Shown here piece after piece: positions 44,012 to 53,600 of a stretch of 64,000 nt of DNA (position 1 is its first letter; every line of letters begins with the position of its first letter). Source of the stretch: an uncultured Christensenellaceae bacterium. Its GTDB lineage: Bacteria; Bacillota; Clostridia; Christensenellales; UBA3700. Location of the stretch: contig CALWHJ010000001.1 in assembly GCA_944380355.1 (NCBI GenBank), positions 214,739 to 278,738 on the forward strand. The letters run 5' to 3'. The notes under the pieces are model-generated. The model was not told the DNA's origin and searched no databases. It saw only the letters and a program-made list of their open reading frames with translations. The position numbers and the translations under genes are program-made.

Positions 44012-45817
44012 TCAGTCTTGTTTGTTTTCTTCCGTTTGATTATCCTCAATCGCGCTTGAGGTATCGGACTGCTCCCGCTCATCGGACTGCGCGCTTACGT
44101 CTTTACGCTTCTCCGCCCCGCGCGCTTTTTTTCTCTTGGGTTTGTCTGTCTTTTCCGCAGAAGGTTCGTTTTTGACAAGATGAGTGATATACTCAACCGT
44201 CTCTTTATAATTCATACTCTCGACTGCGATAGTAAGCTTGTCACCCTCTTGCAGTACCGTTTCTCCGTCGGGAACTATGCTCTCTCCGTCGCTCTTCACT
44301 ATTTCCGTAACAAGTCCGTTGGCAGGCCAGATTATATCCTTTATTCTTCTGCCTATTACAAAAGCACCTTGTTCTACAAGCACGCCGAAACTGCGCTTTA
44401 CTGTCTTTTCGTCCTCGTTGTTCTGCTCTCTCAATCTCTCGAGCAAGCTGTCGTACAAAGGCGTATTGCCCATAAGTTCCGCCACAAGAAAGGCAGTAAA
44501 TATCGCTATACCGGTAGGAAGAAAATCCGAATTGTATCCCGACAATTCTACTATCAGAACTATTGCCGTGATAGGCGCTCTTACGCTCGCTCCGAAAAAC
44601 GTAGTCATTGCAATCAACACAAGCGCGGGGAAATATTCTTCGTTCATTCCCATAGCTATAAACATCTTGCCCAGTACCGCACCTGACAGCGCGCCCATAG
44701 CGAGCATAGGTATGAACAGTCCGCCCGTTGCTCCCGCGTTGAAACACAACAGCATAAGAATCATACGCACGAAAATTATCAGCAACAGCAAAAGCACAGA
44801 ATACTTAAGACCGTTGTGACAAAGCTCGTCAATCATAGAGTGTCCGCCCGTATTAACGAATGCAAAACCGTCCTCGAAAAACTTTGTAAAAATAAGTCCG
44901 AATACGCCCGTCATTACAAAAGCGATAACCAGTCTTGCCCAGTAAGGAAACTGCTTGACATACTTGTCTGTAAATTTCTGCGACCTTACCAAAAGGACAT
45001 TGAATACGACTGCGAGTACGCCGAGGATTATTCCCATAAGCGCAAGCATACCCATAACTCCTGCAAACTCTCCCCATGCGCTGAGTTCGTTGAGATTTCC
45101 CAAGGGCATAAGACCCTCGATATTGAAAAGCATAGTCGTGCTCGACCATTTGAGGTCCTTGATAATCATACCTAGCGTTCGGAAAGTAGCCGTACCGAAA
45201 ATTACCGCCGACGAACCGCACAAAAGCGTAATAGGCGACAATCTCTTCTGACACTCTTCCATAGCGAAGATTATACCTGTGAGCGGCGCGTTGAACGCGA
45301 CGGCTATACCTGCTCCTGCACCGCCTGCCATTACGTATCTGCGCCAGGTAAGTTTGGCTTTCAGAAGTTGAGTAATTCCCTGCGAACCCATCGCGCCTAT
45401 CTGTACGCTAGGACCTTCGCTTCCCAAAGGCAATCCTGCGATATAGCTCATGAACGAGCCTATGAAAGTACCTAAAAGCGTTCTGCCGCTTCTGTAGGAA
45501 AGATAACCTCTTACGCTTCCCTCTACGTTGGGGATACCGCTTCCGCGGACATTGGGAATATATTTATGCAATAGTGCCATTAAAAACGCAAGCCCTATGA
45601 GTCCCGCAAAAAAGAGCGGAATAGCCCAAAGATGTTCGAGAACGCCTTTGTAAATAGTCTCTGACCATTGAATGAGATACCTTGCGAAATAGTTGAAAAA
45701 GCCTACGAGAATACCCGAGATAATACCCGCAATACCGCCGTAAGCGATTACGGGCAGTACGATATTTTTCATTCTCTCTCCCATCTTTTTCAATCTGTCT
45801 TTAGTACTCTGTTGCAT
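44012..45817 (-). CDS. ClC-family chloride channel/antiporter with C-terminal TrkA-C (RCK_C)-like domain
   Basis: 601-aa ORF with GSGIPNVEG, GSEGPSVQIG and GLFIPML selectivity motifs. A soluble beta-rich domain and a charged tail follow. Confidence 0.9.
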   Translation of the reverse strand: MQQSTKDRLKKMGERMKNIVLPVIAYGGIAGIISGILVGFFNYFARYLIQWSETIYKGVLEHLWAIPLFFAGLIGLAFLMALLHKYIPNVRGSGIPNVEGSVRGYLSYRSGRTLLGTFIGSFMSYIAGLPLGSEGPSVQIGAMGSQGITQLLKAKLTWRRYVMAGGAGAGIAVAFNAPLTGIIFAMEECQKRLSPITLLCGSSAVIFGTATFRTLGMIIKDLKWSSTTMLFNIEGLMPLGNLNELSAWGEFAGVMGMLALMGIILGVLAVVFNVLLVRSQKFTDKYVKQFPYWARLVIAFVMTGVFGLIFTKFFEDGFAFVNTGGHSMIDELCHNGLKYSVLLLLLIIFVRMILMLLCFNAGATGGLFIPMLAMGALSGAVLGKMFIAMGMNEEYFPALVLIAMTTFFGASVRAPITAIVLIVELSGYNSDFLPTGIAIFTAFLVAELMGNTPLYDSLLERLREQNNEDEKTVKRSFGVLVEQGAFVIGRRIKDIIWPANGLVTEIVKSDGESIVPDGETVLQEGDKLTIAVESMNYKETVEYITHLVKNEPSAEKTDKPKRKKARGAEKRKDVSAQSDEREQSDTSSAIEDNQTEENKQD

Positions 45818-45926
45818 ATTCTTTTCCTATAGACGCGCAACGCGTCCTATATAAATATAAACCAAAAACCTTATTGCCGTCAAGTCAAACCCCGATCACC
45901 TAATCAAAGAGGGTACAAAACGGCAA

Positions 45927-45958
45927 TAAAAGACGGGGGGATTGGTAAATCCCCCCGC
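45927..45958 (-). terminator. intrinsic terminator
   Basis: On the minus strand, gcgggggg-atttaccaat-cccccc followed by gtctttt. Confidence 0.6.
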
Positions 45959-45975
45959 TAAAATAATTGTTTTGC

Positions 45976-46311
45976 TTAACCCAAACTAATTGCGTGTCCC
46001 AAAATCATCATTACCCAGTATATACCGATACATACATAAATAACGACTTTGAACTCTGTCTTTTTGCTTCTTGCAAAATAATAAGCAGACAACGTAACTA
46101 CGAGACCCAAAGCAATATCTTTGATAAGATTGAGTGCTCCCATAACTTTGCCGTAAGCTGCTCCGTCAACCAATTCGAGTATCAAATTAATGACAAAAAG
46201 AACTATTGCCAAAATCAAAACTACGCAAGAGCAAATTCCGATAAAGGCATTCATATTGGACCTTACGGACCTATCTTCGATTTTTTTACCTGTCGATTTT
46301 TTCTGTGCCAT
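45976..46311 (-). CDS. small membrane protein, unknown function
   Basis: 111-aa ORF with a basic N-terminus and three predicted TM helices. GGAGGG lies upstream of the start. Confidence 0.45.
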   Translation of the reverse strand: MAQKKSTGKKIEDRSVRSNMNAFIGICSCVVLILAIVLFVINLILELVDGAAYGKVMGALNLIKDIALGLVVTLSAYYFARSKKTEFKVVIYVCIGIYWVMMILGHAISLG

Positions 46312-46583
46312 AAAAAAATCCCTCCTTTTTATTGCAATTATATTATATGCTCACTGCTCTTCAAAGTCAATTATTTACAAAAAAATTAATTACGTTTAAT
46401 CCGAAAACGGCAAAATCTAACAAAAAATCCCTGCGCTAATAGCTGAGCAAACCAAACTGCAGGCAGCGTTTTGCAAAAGATTTTCAAAGTCGCAAAAGCG
46501 CGAAAACGCGGAACCGGGAGGTAATAATAAAAATGTCCGCTTACCTTTGCAGGCAAGACGGATAGAATAATTAGCCAAAAATC

Positions 46584-46931
46584 AGTACCGCCTAGAAGGG
46601 GTGCAAACTAGGCTGTAAGCCGTGGATTTTGCGATGCTTTGTTTGTACCGCTACTCAAAGGCGCGGATAATATTTGAGAGGCGCATCTTTGGGCTGTTAT
46701 TTTGTTGAGGCACTTGACAATACGGCAAGTATTGCCGTCGCACCTCGCCGCATAACAGCCGCAATCTGCTACTCTCAAATTGCAAGCACCGCTTTATACG
46801 GCTTATCCTTACCGTTTCGTATCGGCAACGCGAAAGGAAGAAGTAATACTTGCCGTATTACGATGACGCCGAATTGAAAAGCGCGGAAAAGACACGCTCA
46901 CAGCCAGCGAGCACTCCTACGAGACGGTACT
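46584..46931 (+). repeat. copy 2 of the dispersed hairpin-rich noncoding element (complete, with both arms)
   Basis: Near base-for-base match to 11899-12210. The terminal arms 46584-46604 and 46911-46931 pair at 18 of 21 positions. Confidence 0.8.
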
Positions 46932-48236
46932 AAACCACTCGTCGTATTCCTCTGCGCTTATTTCGGGGCGCGAATCGAATATGCTGCCGAAATTTTCTAT
47001 TCTCTCTTCGCGCAAAGATTCAATTTTAGATACGACTTCGTTATATAACGTAACGAGTTCGTCCTTAATTTTTGTGTACAACTCGCTGTCCACAAGATTT
47101 ACATAATCTAGAATAACGTTTATCACTATGCTATCGGCAATGCCGTTTTTTATCTCGCCTAAAAGATTTCTGATATCTTCTATTATGTTGTATTTGATAA
47201 GATAAGCGTCCAAAGCCAGTATGCTCGAAACCGTAATATCGTACTCGAGAAGCTGCTTTCTCACTTCGTCGGCCTGAGCAATAAGCTGTTTGACATTATC
47301 GGAAAGACTTGCTCCCCAGATTATGCTGTCCGCCATCAGTTTGCAATCCCAGTAATTTTTACCGCTTTCCTTTTCTATCTCGGTATTAAGCTCGTCGAGT
47401 CTGTCCAAAAGCACATTGATATTTTCCAGTCTTTCTACAAAAGCGTCTACCTCGGTAAGGATATCGTTGAGAGCTCCTCCGCCGATACTCCCCGCTCTGT
47501 AATAGATGAACTCGTTTTTTATATCTTCAATATAAGAATCAATCTTATCGCCTACGTATTGCCAGCCTTTTCCGTGGACAAATTCTTCGACGGCATAAGT
47601 AGTAGCACTGACTATACCGAATATGTCAATTTCTTTGAGATAATTCTGCAAGCTAGAAGCCGTTTGCTTTGCAAGACGGTTGACTTTTGAGGATTTCTCG
47701 CCGCTTATGACGCTGACATTGATTTTATTGTCTTTAGCGGTACAGTCTATAAACCCCAGCTTAGCCGATTCGAGAATAAACGTCTGCATACACTCCTCTG
47801 CATTCATATCGGTATAATTGTCAAAAGCCTTGCCCGACAGCACTATATCCGCATCCTCGTTTTGCGCGGCAATATGAATGACGTTTCCGTCCTTGTCCGC
47901 AGTAATCAATACGGAAGGATTTATGTCAACCTCGTAGCAGGTCGTTTCCAACGTCACTACGGGCTGATTGGACAGATTGGTAAAGTATACTCCGCACACG
48001 CTTGCTGCTATAACGACCACAAGTATGCTTGCCACTACGCTGACCCACGTAATTATCGTTTTTTTGTTCTTTACAGCAGTACTGTTTTTGCCGAATGACA
48101 AAGACTTCTTTTTGTCGGTTTCGGGAAAATAGTTGTCCTTAGTATTGATAGGAGTAGAGAGTATCTTTTTAGTGAGTTTGGGCGTCTTCTTATCCAAACT
48201 CATATTCAAAAGATTTTGAATATCTTTCTTTTTCAT
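46917..48236 (-). CDS. single-pass membrane protein co-transcribed with the ECF sigma factor (putative anti-sigma factor)
   Basis: 439-aa ORF whose start overlaps the sigma gene stop (ATGA). It has a short cytoplasmic N-terminus, one TM helix (WVSVVASILVVVIAASV) and a large extracytoplasmic region. The role is inferred from context only. Confidence 0.45.
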   Translation of the reverse strand: MKKKDIQNLLNMSLDKKTPKLTKKILSTPINTKDNYFPETDKKKSLSFGKNSTAVKNKKTIITWVSVVASILVVVIAASVCGVYFTNLSNQPVVTLETTCYEVDINPSVLITADKDGNVIHIAAQNEDADIVLSGKAFDNYTDMNAEECMQTFILESAKLGFIDCTAKDNKINVSVISGEKSSKVNRLAKQTASSLQNYLKEIDIFGIVSATTYAVEEFVHGKGWQYVGDKIDSYIEDIKNEFIYYRAGSIGGGALNDILTEVDAFVERLENINVLLDRLDELNTEIEKESGKNYWDCKLMADSIIWGASLSDNVKQLIAQADEVRKQLLEYDITVSSILALDAYLIKYNIIEDIRNLLGEIKNGIADSIVINVILDYVNLVDSELYTKIKDELVTLYNEVVSKIESLREERIENFGSIFDSRPEISAEEYDEWFSTVS

Positions 48237-48763
48237 AGTCCGTACTCCTCCTTTATAATCTTCTGCAAAGTCTTAATAGCTTTGTTGTATCTCCACAGCA
48301 CCGTACCGAGCGGTATTCCCAAATCCGATGCTATTTCCCTGTGCTTAAATCCGCCCGACAAGTGCATCAGCACTATTTTTCTGTCCGTTTCCTCCAGCCG
48401 CGTGCCTATCAATTCCAGCACCGGCACATTTGACTCGTCTATTCGGTAACTTCCCGTCTTATCGCGTTCGCCGAAGTCTGTAGGAATTACGCGTTTTCTT
48501 TTGTTTATCTCGTTGTAGGCGGTGTTTTTTGCTATCTGCATTATCCAAGCAAAAGCATTGCCCGATTGATATTTATCGACGTTTTGTCTGACCTTTATAA
48601 ATGTATCCTGCGTCAAGTCCTGTGCCGAATGATAATTGCCGACTATGGACAGCAAGTAGGCAAACACTTTTCTGCTTGTCATACCGTACAGCTCTTCAAA
48701 AGCCTTTTCCTCGCCGAATTTCATACGGCAAAGCAATCCGTCCAACACTTCGTTATCCGTCAC
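48233..48763 (-). CDS. ECF-subfamily sigma-70 factor
   Basis: 176-aa ORF with a GTG start. Region 2 reads AQDLTQDTFIKV and the region 4 HTH reads REIASDLGIPLGTVLWRYNKA. Confidence 0.85.
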   Translation of the reverse strand: MTDNEVLDGLLCRMKFGEEKAFEELYGMTSRKVFAYLLSIVGNYHSAQDLTQDTFIKVRQNVDKYQSGNAFAWIMQIAKNTAYNEINKRKRVIPTDFGERDKTGSYRIDESNVPVLELIGTRLEETDRKIVLMHLSGGFKHREIASDLGIPLGTVLWRYNKAIKTLQKIIKEEYGL

Positions 48764-48792
48764 AACAACCTCTTTTGTTTAATAAACAGCTT

Positions 48793-48822
48793 ATTACGCT
48801 GTTTTATTGTACTTTTGGTTAC
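48793..48822 (-). promoter_or_regulatory. ECF-type promoter candidate (autoregulation)
   Basis: On the minus strand, GTAACC, an 18-nt spacer, then CGTAAT. This resembles the AAC...CGT pattern of ECF promoters. Confidence 0.35.
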
Positions 48823-49147
48823 TTTTTTATCAATTTTTTAAGTTGTATATAAATATAAAAGGATTATAAATATATTTATCTTGATTCCTTATACCTTAAG
48901 ATCAATAATATATACAAGATAGTATTGATATAATTATTATAATATACTTTCTATTACAAAGCAACTTGCAAAAAGCAAGTACCTCTTTTGGCCGACAAAT
49001 CTTTTGCTGTACGTATCGAATACCTCACTCCTCTGTTTTTTCTTTTAAAGCTCCACCCTTAATATAAATAAAGCGTCATTCTTTGTCAATTCTGTTGCTT
49101 TGCAGGTTTATCGTTAATTTATTGGCAATCTTTTTTTTAACTTTGTC

Positions 49148-49163
49148 ACACAATATATCAAGA
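49148..49163. promoter_or_regulatory. distal NrdR-box-like half site
   Basis: In acacaatatatcaaga the left half matches the NrdR box consensus acaCwAtATaTwGtgt. The right half is degenerate. Confidence 0.3.
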
Positions 49164-49265
49164 GGTAAGAAGGCTAAAATTTTTAAGATTGGATAGCCCA
49201 AGTTTATTTATCCGCGATAAATACCCTGTATGTGTTGATTTTACCGTTAATAAATATTTGTTATA

Positions 49266-49313
49266 ACACATTATATTGAGAAAAATTTTTTATAAAAATA
49301 CAATATATTGTGG
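49266..49313. promoter_or_regulatory. pair of NrdR boxes upstream of nrdD
   Basis: acacattatattgaga (49266-49281) and atacaatatattgtgg (49298-49313). The centres are 32 bp apart, which is the classical tandem NrdR arrangement. Confidence 0.7.
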
Positions 49314-49364
49314 TTTGTCAAGCATTTTGTCAAAACTTTTTTTATAAATTTTTTGCTTTTTGTC

Positions 49365-49393
49365 TTGCATACCGATAGTCAGTGTGGTATAAT
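49365..49393 (+). promoter_or_regulatory. sigma-70 promoter proximal to nrdD
   Basis: TTGCAT, a 17-nt spacer, then TATAAT. A weaker TTGAGA-18-TACAAT candidate (49276-49305) overlaps the NrdR boxes. Confidence 0.5.
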
Positions 49394-49425
49394 CTACTTT
49401 GCAATAATTCAATGGAGATGATATT

Positions 49426-51543
49426 ATGTACGTTATTAAAAAGGATGGAACAAAAGAAGAATACAACGTTCAGAAAGTCGTTACGGCAGTCAATAAATCG
49501 GCTTTCCGCGCGCTTGTAAAGTTCAGCGACGAAGATATTCAGTTTATCTGCGATTTCGTAAACAAAAAAGTCGCTAGTATGAACAAGGAGTTCATTACTA
49601 TAAGCGAAATGCACAATATCGTAGAATACGCGCTCGAATCGCTTAACCCTGCTGTTGCGAAAAGCTATAAGGATTACCGCAACTACAAGCAGGACTTCGT
49701 GCATATGCTCGACGAAGTTTACAAAAAGAGTCAGGCTATTATGTACATCGGAGACAAGGAAAACTCCAACTCCGACAGCGCGCTCGTTTCCACGAAGAGA
49801 AGTCTTATCTTCAATCAGCTCAATAAAGAGTTGTACCAAAAGTTCTTCCTTACAAAAGAAGAGTTGCAGGCTTGCCGCGACGGATATATCTACGTTCACG
49901 ATATGTCTGCCCGCCGCGATACTATGAACTGCTGCCTCTTCGACGTTGCTACCGTACTCAAGGGCGGTTTTGAAATGGGTAACATCTGGTACAACGAGCC
50001 CAAAACCCTCGACGTAGCTTTTGACGTAATCGGTGATATCGTACTCTCTGCCGCAAGTCAGCAGTACGGCGGTTTTACCGTACCTCAGGTAGACAAAATA
50101 CTCGAACCCTATGCCGAAAAGACTTTCAAGAGACAGTATGACAGATATACCTCTCTCGGTCTTTCGCCCGAAAAAGCCGAAGAAGAAGCTCTCAAGGACG
50201 TAAGAAAAGATATGCTCCAAGGCTTCCAGGGCTGGGAATACAAGTTTAATACCGTTGCTTCCTCCAGAGGAGACTACCCTTTCATCACCATTACCGGCGG
50301 TCTCGGCACATCGCGCTTCGCCAAGATGGCTAACATCTGTATGCTCGAAGTAAGAAAAGGCGGTCAAGGTAAGAAAGAGTGCAAAAAACCCGTACTCTTC
50401 CCCAAAATCGTATTCCTTTACGACGAAAATCTCCACGGCCCCGGCAAAGAACTCGAAGACGTATTCGAAGCAGGTCTGGAATGTTCCGCTAAGACTATGT
50501 ACCCCGACTGGCTCTCTTTGACGGGCGAAGGCTACGTTGCAAGCATATACAAAAAATACGGCGAAGTAATCTCCCCTATGGGCTGTCGTGCTTTCCTCTC
50601 GCCTTGGTATGAAAGAGGCGGTATGTACCCCGCAGACGAAAACGATAAACCCGTATTCGTCGGCAGATTCAATATCGGCGCAGTAAGCTTGCACCTGCCT
50701 ATGATTTACGCTAAGGCTAAGCAAGAGTCCAAAGACTTCTACGAAGTCCTCGACTACTACCTCAACCTTATCCGTCAGCTCCACTTGCGTACTTATGAGT
50801 ACCTCGGAGAAATGAGAGCTTCCACCAACCCTCTCGCTTACTGCGAAGGCGGCTTCTACGGCGGACACCTCAAGTACAGAGACAAAATCGCTCCCCTTCT
50901 CAAAGCAGCTACCGCGTCTTTCGGTATTACCGCACTCAACGAGTTGCAGGAGATACACAACAAAAAGTCTATCGCCGAAGACGGTCAGTTCGCTCTCGAA
51001 GTTATGGAATACATCAACAAGAAGGTCAACGAGTTCAAGGAAGAAGACCACGTACTCTACGCTCTTTACGGCACGCCTGCTGAAAGCCTCTGCGGTCTGC
51101 AAATCGAACAGTTCAAGAAAATGTACGGCAACGTAAAGAACGTCAGCGACAGACCTTACGTAACCAACTCCTTCCACTGCCACGTAACCGAGGATATCTC
51201 CCCTATCCAGAAGCAGGACCTCGAAAACAGATTCTGGAACCTTATGAACGGCGGCAAAATACAGTACGTCAAGTATCCTATCGACTACAATAAGGACGCT
51301 ATACGTTCGCTTATAAGACGTGCTATGAAGATGGGCTTCTACGAGGGCGTAAACCTTTCCCTCGCATACTGCGACGACTGCGGACATCAGGAACTCAATA
51401 TGGACGTATGCCCTAAGTGCGGCAGTAAAAATCTTACAAAAATCGAGAGAATGAACGGCTATCTCTCCTACTCCAGAGTAAAAGGCGATACACGACTCAA
51501 CGCCGCTAAGATGGCAGAAATTGCAGACAGGAAGAGTATGTAA
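49426..51543 (+). CDS. nrdD: anaerobic ribonucleoside-triphosphate reductase (class III)
   Basis: 705-aa ORF with an N-terminal ATP-cone. A C-terminal Zn ribbon (CDDCGH...CPKCGS) precedes the glycyl-radical motif region (RMNGYLSY). Confidence 0.95.
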   Translation: MYVIKKDGTKEEYNVQKVVTAVNKSAFRALVKFSDEDIQFICDFVNKKVASMNKEFITISEMHNIVEYALESLNPAVAKSYKDYRNYKQDFVHMLDEVYKKSQAIMYIGDKENSNSDSALVSTKRSLIFNQLNKELYQKFFLTKEELQACRDGYIYVHDMSARRDTMNCCLFDVATVLKGGFEMGNIWYNEPKTLDVAFDVIGDIVLSAASQQYGGFTVPQVDKILEPYAEKTFKRQYDRYTSLGLSPEKAEEEALKDVRKDMLQGFQGWEYKFNTVASSRGDYPFITITGGLGTSRFAKMANICMLEVRKGGQGKKECKKPVLFPKIVFLYDENLHGPGKELEDVFEAGLECSAKTMYPDWLSLTGEGYVASIYKKYGEVISPMGCRAFLSPWYERGGMYPADENDKPVFVGRFNIGAVSLHLPMIYAKAKQESKDFYEVLDYYLNLIRQLHLRTYEYLGEMRASTNPLAYCEGGFYGGHLKYRDKIAPLLKAATASFGITALNELQEIHNKKSIAEDGQFALEVMEYINKKVNEFKEEDHVLYALYGTPAESLCGLQIEQFKKMYGNVKNVSDRPYVTNSFHCHVTEDISPIQKQDLENRFWNLMNGGKIQYVKYPIDYNKDAIRSLIRRAMKMGFYEGVNLSLAYCDDCGHQELNMDVCPKCGSKNLTKIERMNGYLSYSRVKGDTRLNAAKMAEIADRKSM

Positions 51544-51544
51544 T

Positions 51545-52033
51545 ATGCGCTATCATAACATAACAAAAGACGATATGCTCAACGGCGACGGCCTCAGAGT
51601 CGTGCTGTGGGTTGCCGGTTGCACGCATAAATGTAAAGAATGTCAGAATCCCATTACCTGGGACATCAACGGCGGTCTCGAATTCGGAGAAAGCGAAAAG
51701 AAAGAGATTTTCGACCAGCTCGACGAATCGTACATATCGGGTATTACTTTCTCGGGCGGAGACCCTCTCCACCCTCAGAACAGACAGCCCGTATACGAGC
51801 TCGCAAAGGAAATCAAAGAAAAATATCCCGACAAGACGATATGGCTGTATACGGGTTTCCTATGGGAAGAGATAAAGGATTTGCCTATAATCTCCTATCT
51901 TGACGTAATCGTAGACGGAGAGTTCAAAATCGAACTTCTCGACCCTCAGCTCTATTGGAAAGGCTCGAGCAATCAGCGCGTAATAGACGTTCCCGCCACG
52001 CTTAAGAAAGGCGAAGTCGTACTTCACGCGTAA
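51545..52033 (+). CDS. nrdG: anaerobic ribonucleotide reductase activating protein (radical SAM)
   Basis: Cluster motif CTHKCKEC. The start is set at ATG 51545 (MRYHNITKDD), immediately after the nrdD stop. Confidence 0.9.
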   Translation: MRYHNITKDDMLNGDGLRVVLWVAGCTHKCKECQNPITWDINGGLEFGESEKKEIFDQLDESYISGITFSGGDPLHPQNRQPVYELAKEIKEKYPDKTIWLYTGFLWEEIKDLPIISYLDVIVDGEFKIELLDPQLYWKGSSNQRVIDVPATLKKGEVVLHA

Positions 52034-52044
52034 TAATATCCCTA

Positions 52045-52075
52045 AAAAAGGAAGCGGTTGTCGCTTCTTTTTTTA
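52045..52075 (+). terminator. intrinsic terminator
   Basis: Stem gaagcg/cgcttc followed by a T-run. Confidence 0.65.
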
Positions 52076-52332
52076 TTCAACAGTATTATAAAAACAATGC
52101 CCTAAAGGCTTTTTGTTTTGGTTTCTGAATGCAACGTCGAACGGTCAAAGCTTATTGAAAACAGGCTTTATACGAATCTTCGGGCAATGACGGATTTTGC
52201 GTAGGCAAATACGTCTTCTGAATTAAAAAACTATTCGCTGTTTAAGTTATGCCGTCATAAGCCGATATTGACTAAAAGAAAACAGTGTGATATAATTAAT
52301 ATGAATAAAACTTATAAACATTAGAGGGCATT

Positions 52333-52764
52333 ATGTTCAAAAAATCTGACGACAACTTTTTCTCTATGGTCGATATTATTCAAAAAGTTATCATATTCTT
52401 TATATTAGCAAGCCTTGCGGGCGGAATAATACTGATATGTTTTGTAGACTTTACGGCGGGAATTCTTATGGCGACAATACTGCCTGTACTTCTTATAGTG
52501 CTTTCTCTGATACTGTATGCGATGACTTATGTTGCGATAGACGCAAAAATAGCGCGCAACAAAGCTTGCGGAGAGGACTACTCTTACCTTACGGACTTGC
52601 TCGACCTCAAAAAACCTCAACCTGAGAAGCCCAACCCCAACCAAAAATACATAGATAAAATAATGGCAAAATCAACGGAAGATTGCGATAGCGAACAGGA
52701 CGTAAAATTTGTAGAGTACGGAAAGAAAAAAGACAAAACCAAGAAAGACAACACTCCCGATTAA
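52333..52764 (+). CDS. small membrane protein, unknown function
   Basis: 143-aa ORF with two long hydrophobic helices and a charged C-terminal tail. A TTGACT-17-TATAAT promoter lies upstream. Confidence 0.45.
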   Translation: MFKKSDDNFFSMVDIIQKVIIFFILASLAGGIILICFVDFTAGILMATILPVLLIVLSLILYAMTYVAIDAKIARNKACGEDYSYLTDLLDLKKPQPEKPNPNQKYIDKIMAKSTEDCDSEQDVKFVEYGKKKDKTKKDNTPD

Positions 52765-52872
52765 ACTTTGCAAAAAAGCATTTACGCCTTGTGAAAACAA
52801 GTGAAAACCTCCTCATTCAAATCGGTAAAAGCCCTTAATAGGGCTTTTACTCATAGTAAAATTTTGTGAAAT

Positions 52873-53418
52873 ATGAACTGGTATGACGAAGTAAAACTCA
52901 ATCTCAAAAAAAAGCGGGCAATACTTTTCTCTAAGTCGAGCGAGTGTCTGTTGCCCTTGCAAAGTCAGCTCGAAGATACCGACAAAAGGACGGCGGTATT
53001 GTGGTCGCTTTATTTTGCCGAAGAAGCGTTCAATTTACTGTCTGCCCGATATCCCGACGAAAGCGCGCCTTGCGACGCACTCGCGCTTACTAAGTTGTGG
53101 GCACAGGGCAAAGTCAAAATGCCTGAGGCAAAAAGAGCTATACTCGAGTGCCACGCAATGGCAAAACGATTGTCTTCTCCCGAAGATATTGCGCTTTGTC
53201 ACGCAATCGGTCAAGCGTGCGGCTGCGTGCACGCAAAGGGGCACGCAATAGGTTTTCCTGTATACGAATTGACCGCTATCGTAAGAAGATACGGCATCGA
53301 AGCCTGTAAAGACGCGATAGAAAGACGACTCGACGAATATCGGGAAAAACTACTTGAGTTAAACTCCTCTCGCCAAGCCGATAAGTATGAGTGGGCAAAG
53401 TTTTTAAAATCAAACTAA
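52873..53418 (+). CDS. all-alpha protein resembling Imm5-like putative immunity proteins
   Basis: 181-aa ORF. The pattern (AEEAFNLL...P.D..P..AL...KLWAQGKV....AKRAILECHAMAK......A..HAIGQA...VH...HA) recalls that family from memory only. No search was run. Confidence 0.3.
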   Translation: MNWYDEVKLNLKKKRAILFSKSSECLLPLQSQLEDTDKRTAVLWSLYFAEEAFNLLSARYPDESAPCDALALTKLWAQGKVKMPEAKRAILECHAMAKRLSSPEDIALCHAIGQACGCVHAKGHAIGFPVYELTAIVRRYGIEACKDAIERRLDEYREKLLELNSSRQADKYEWAKFLKSN

Positions 53419-53533
53419 GCAATATACGAGATTAGCGACAACATATCAAGCCTTTATGCCGGACGATTTTTACTGACAACAAAACTCAGAATTCGCACGC
53501 AGTACGGCATTTTATTCCCTCAAAATTTTATCG

Positions 53534-53567
53534 AAAAAGACAGCCTTTTGAGCTGTCTTCTTTTTTG
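53534..53567. terminator. bidirectional intrinsic terminator
   Basis: aaaaagacagccttttgagctgtcttctttttt. Confidence 0.7.
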
Positions 53568-53600
53568 ATTTTCTTTTGCTTTTCAGATATTGTTATACCG

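Noticed and set aside
45818-45930. Fluoride (crcB-motif) riboswitch upstream of the ClC gene. A 10-bp inverted repeat ttattgccgt...acggcaataa with a 37-nt spacer is also present.
   Set aside because: There is no resemblance to the crcB motif core. The channel has canonical chloride-type GSGIP/GxEGP motifs and an RCK_C domain rather than CLC-F features. The inverted repeat overlaps the likely promoter (TTGACG-18-TATATT), so it may be an operator, but the evidence is too thin to call.
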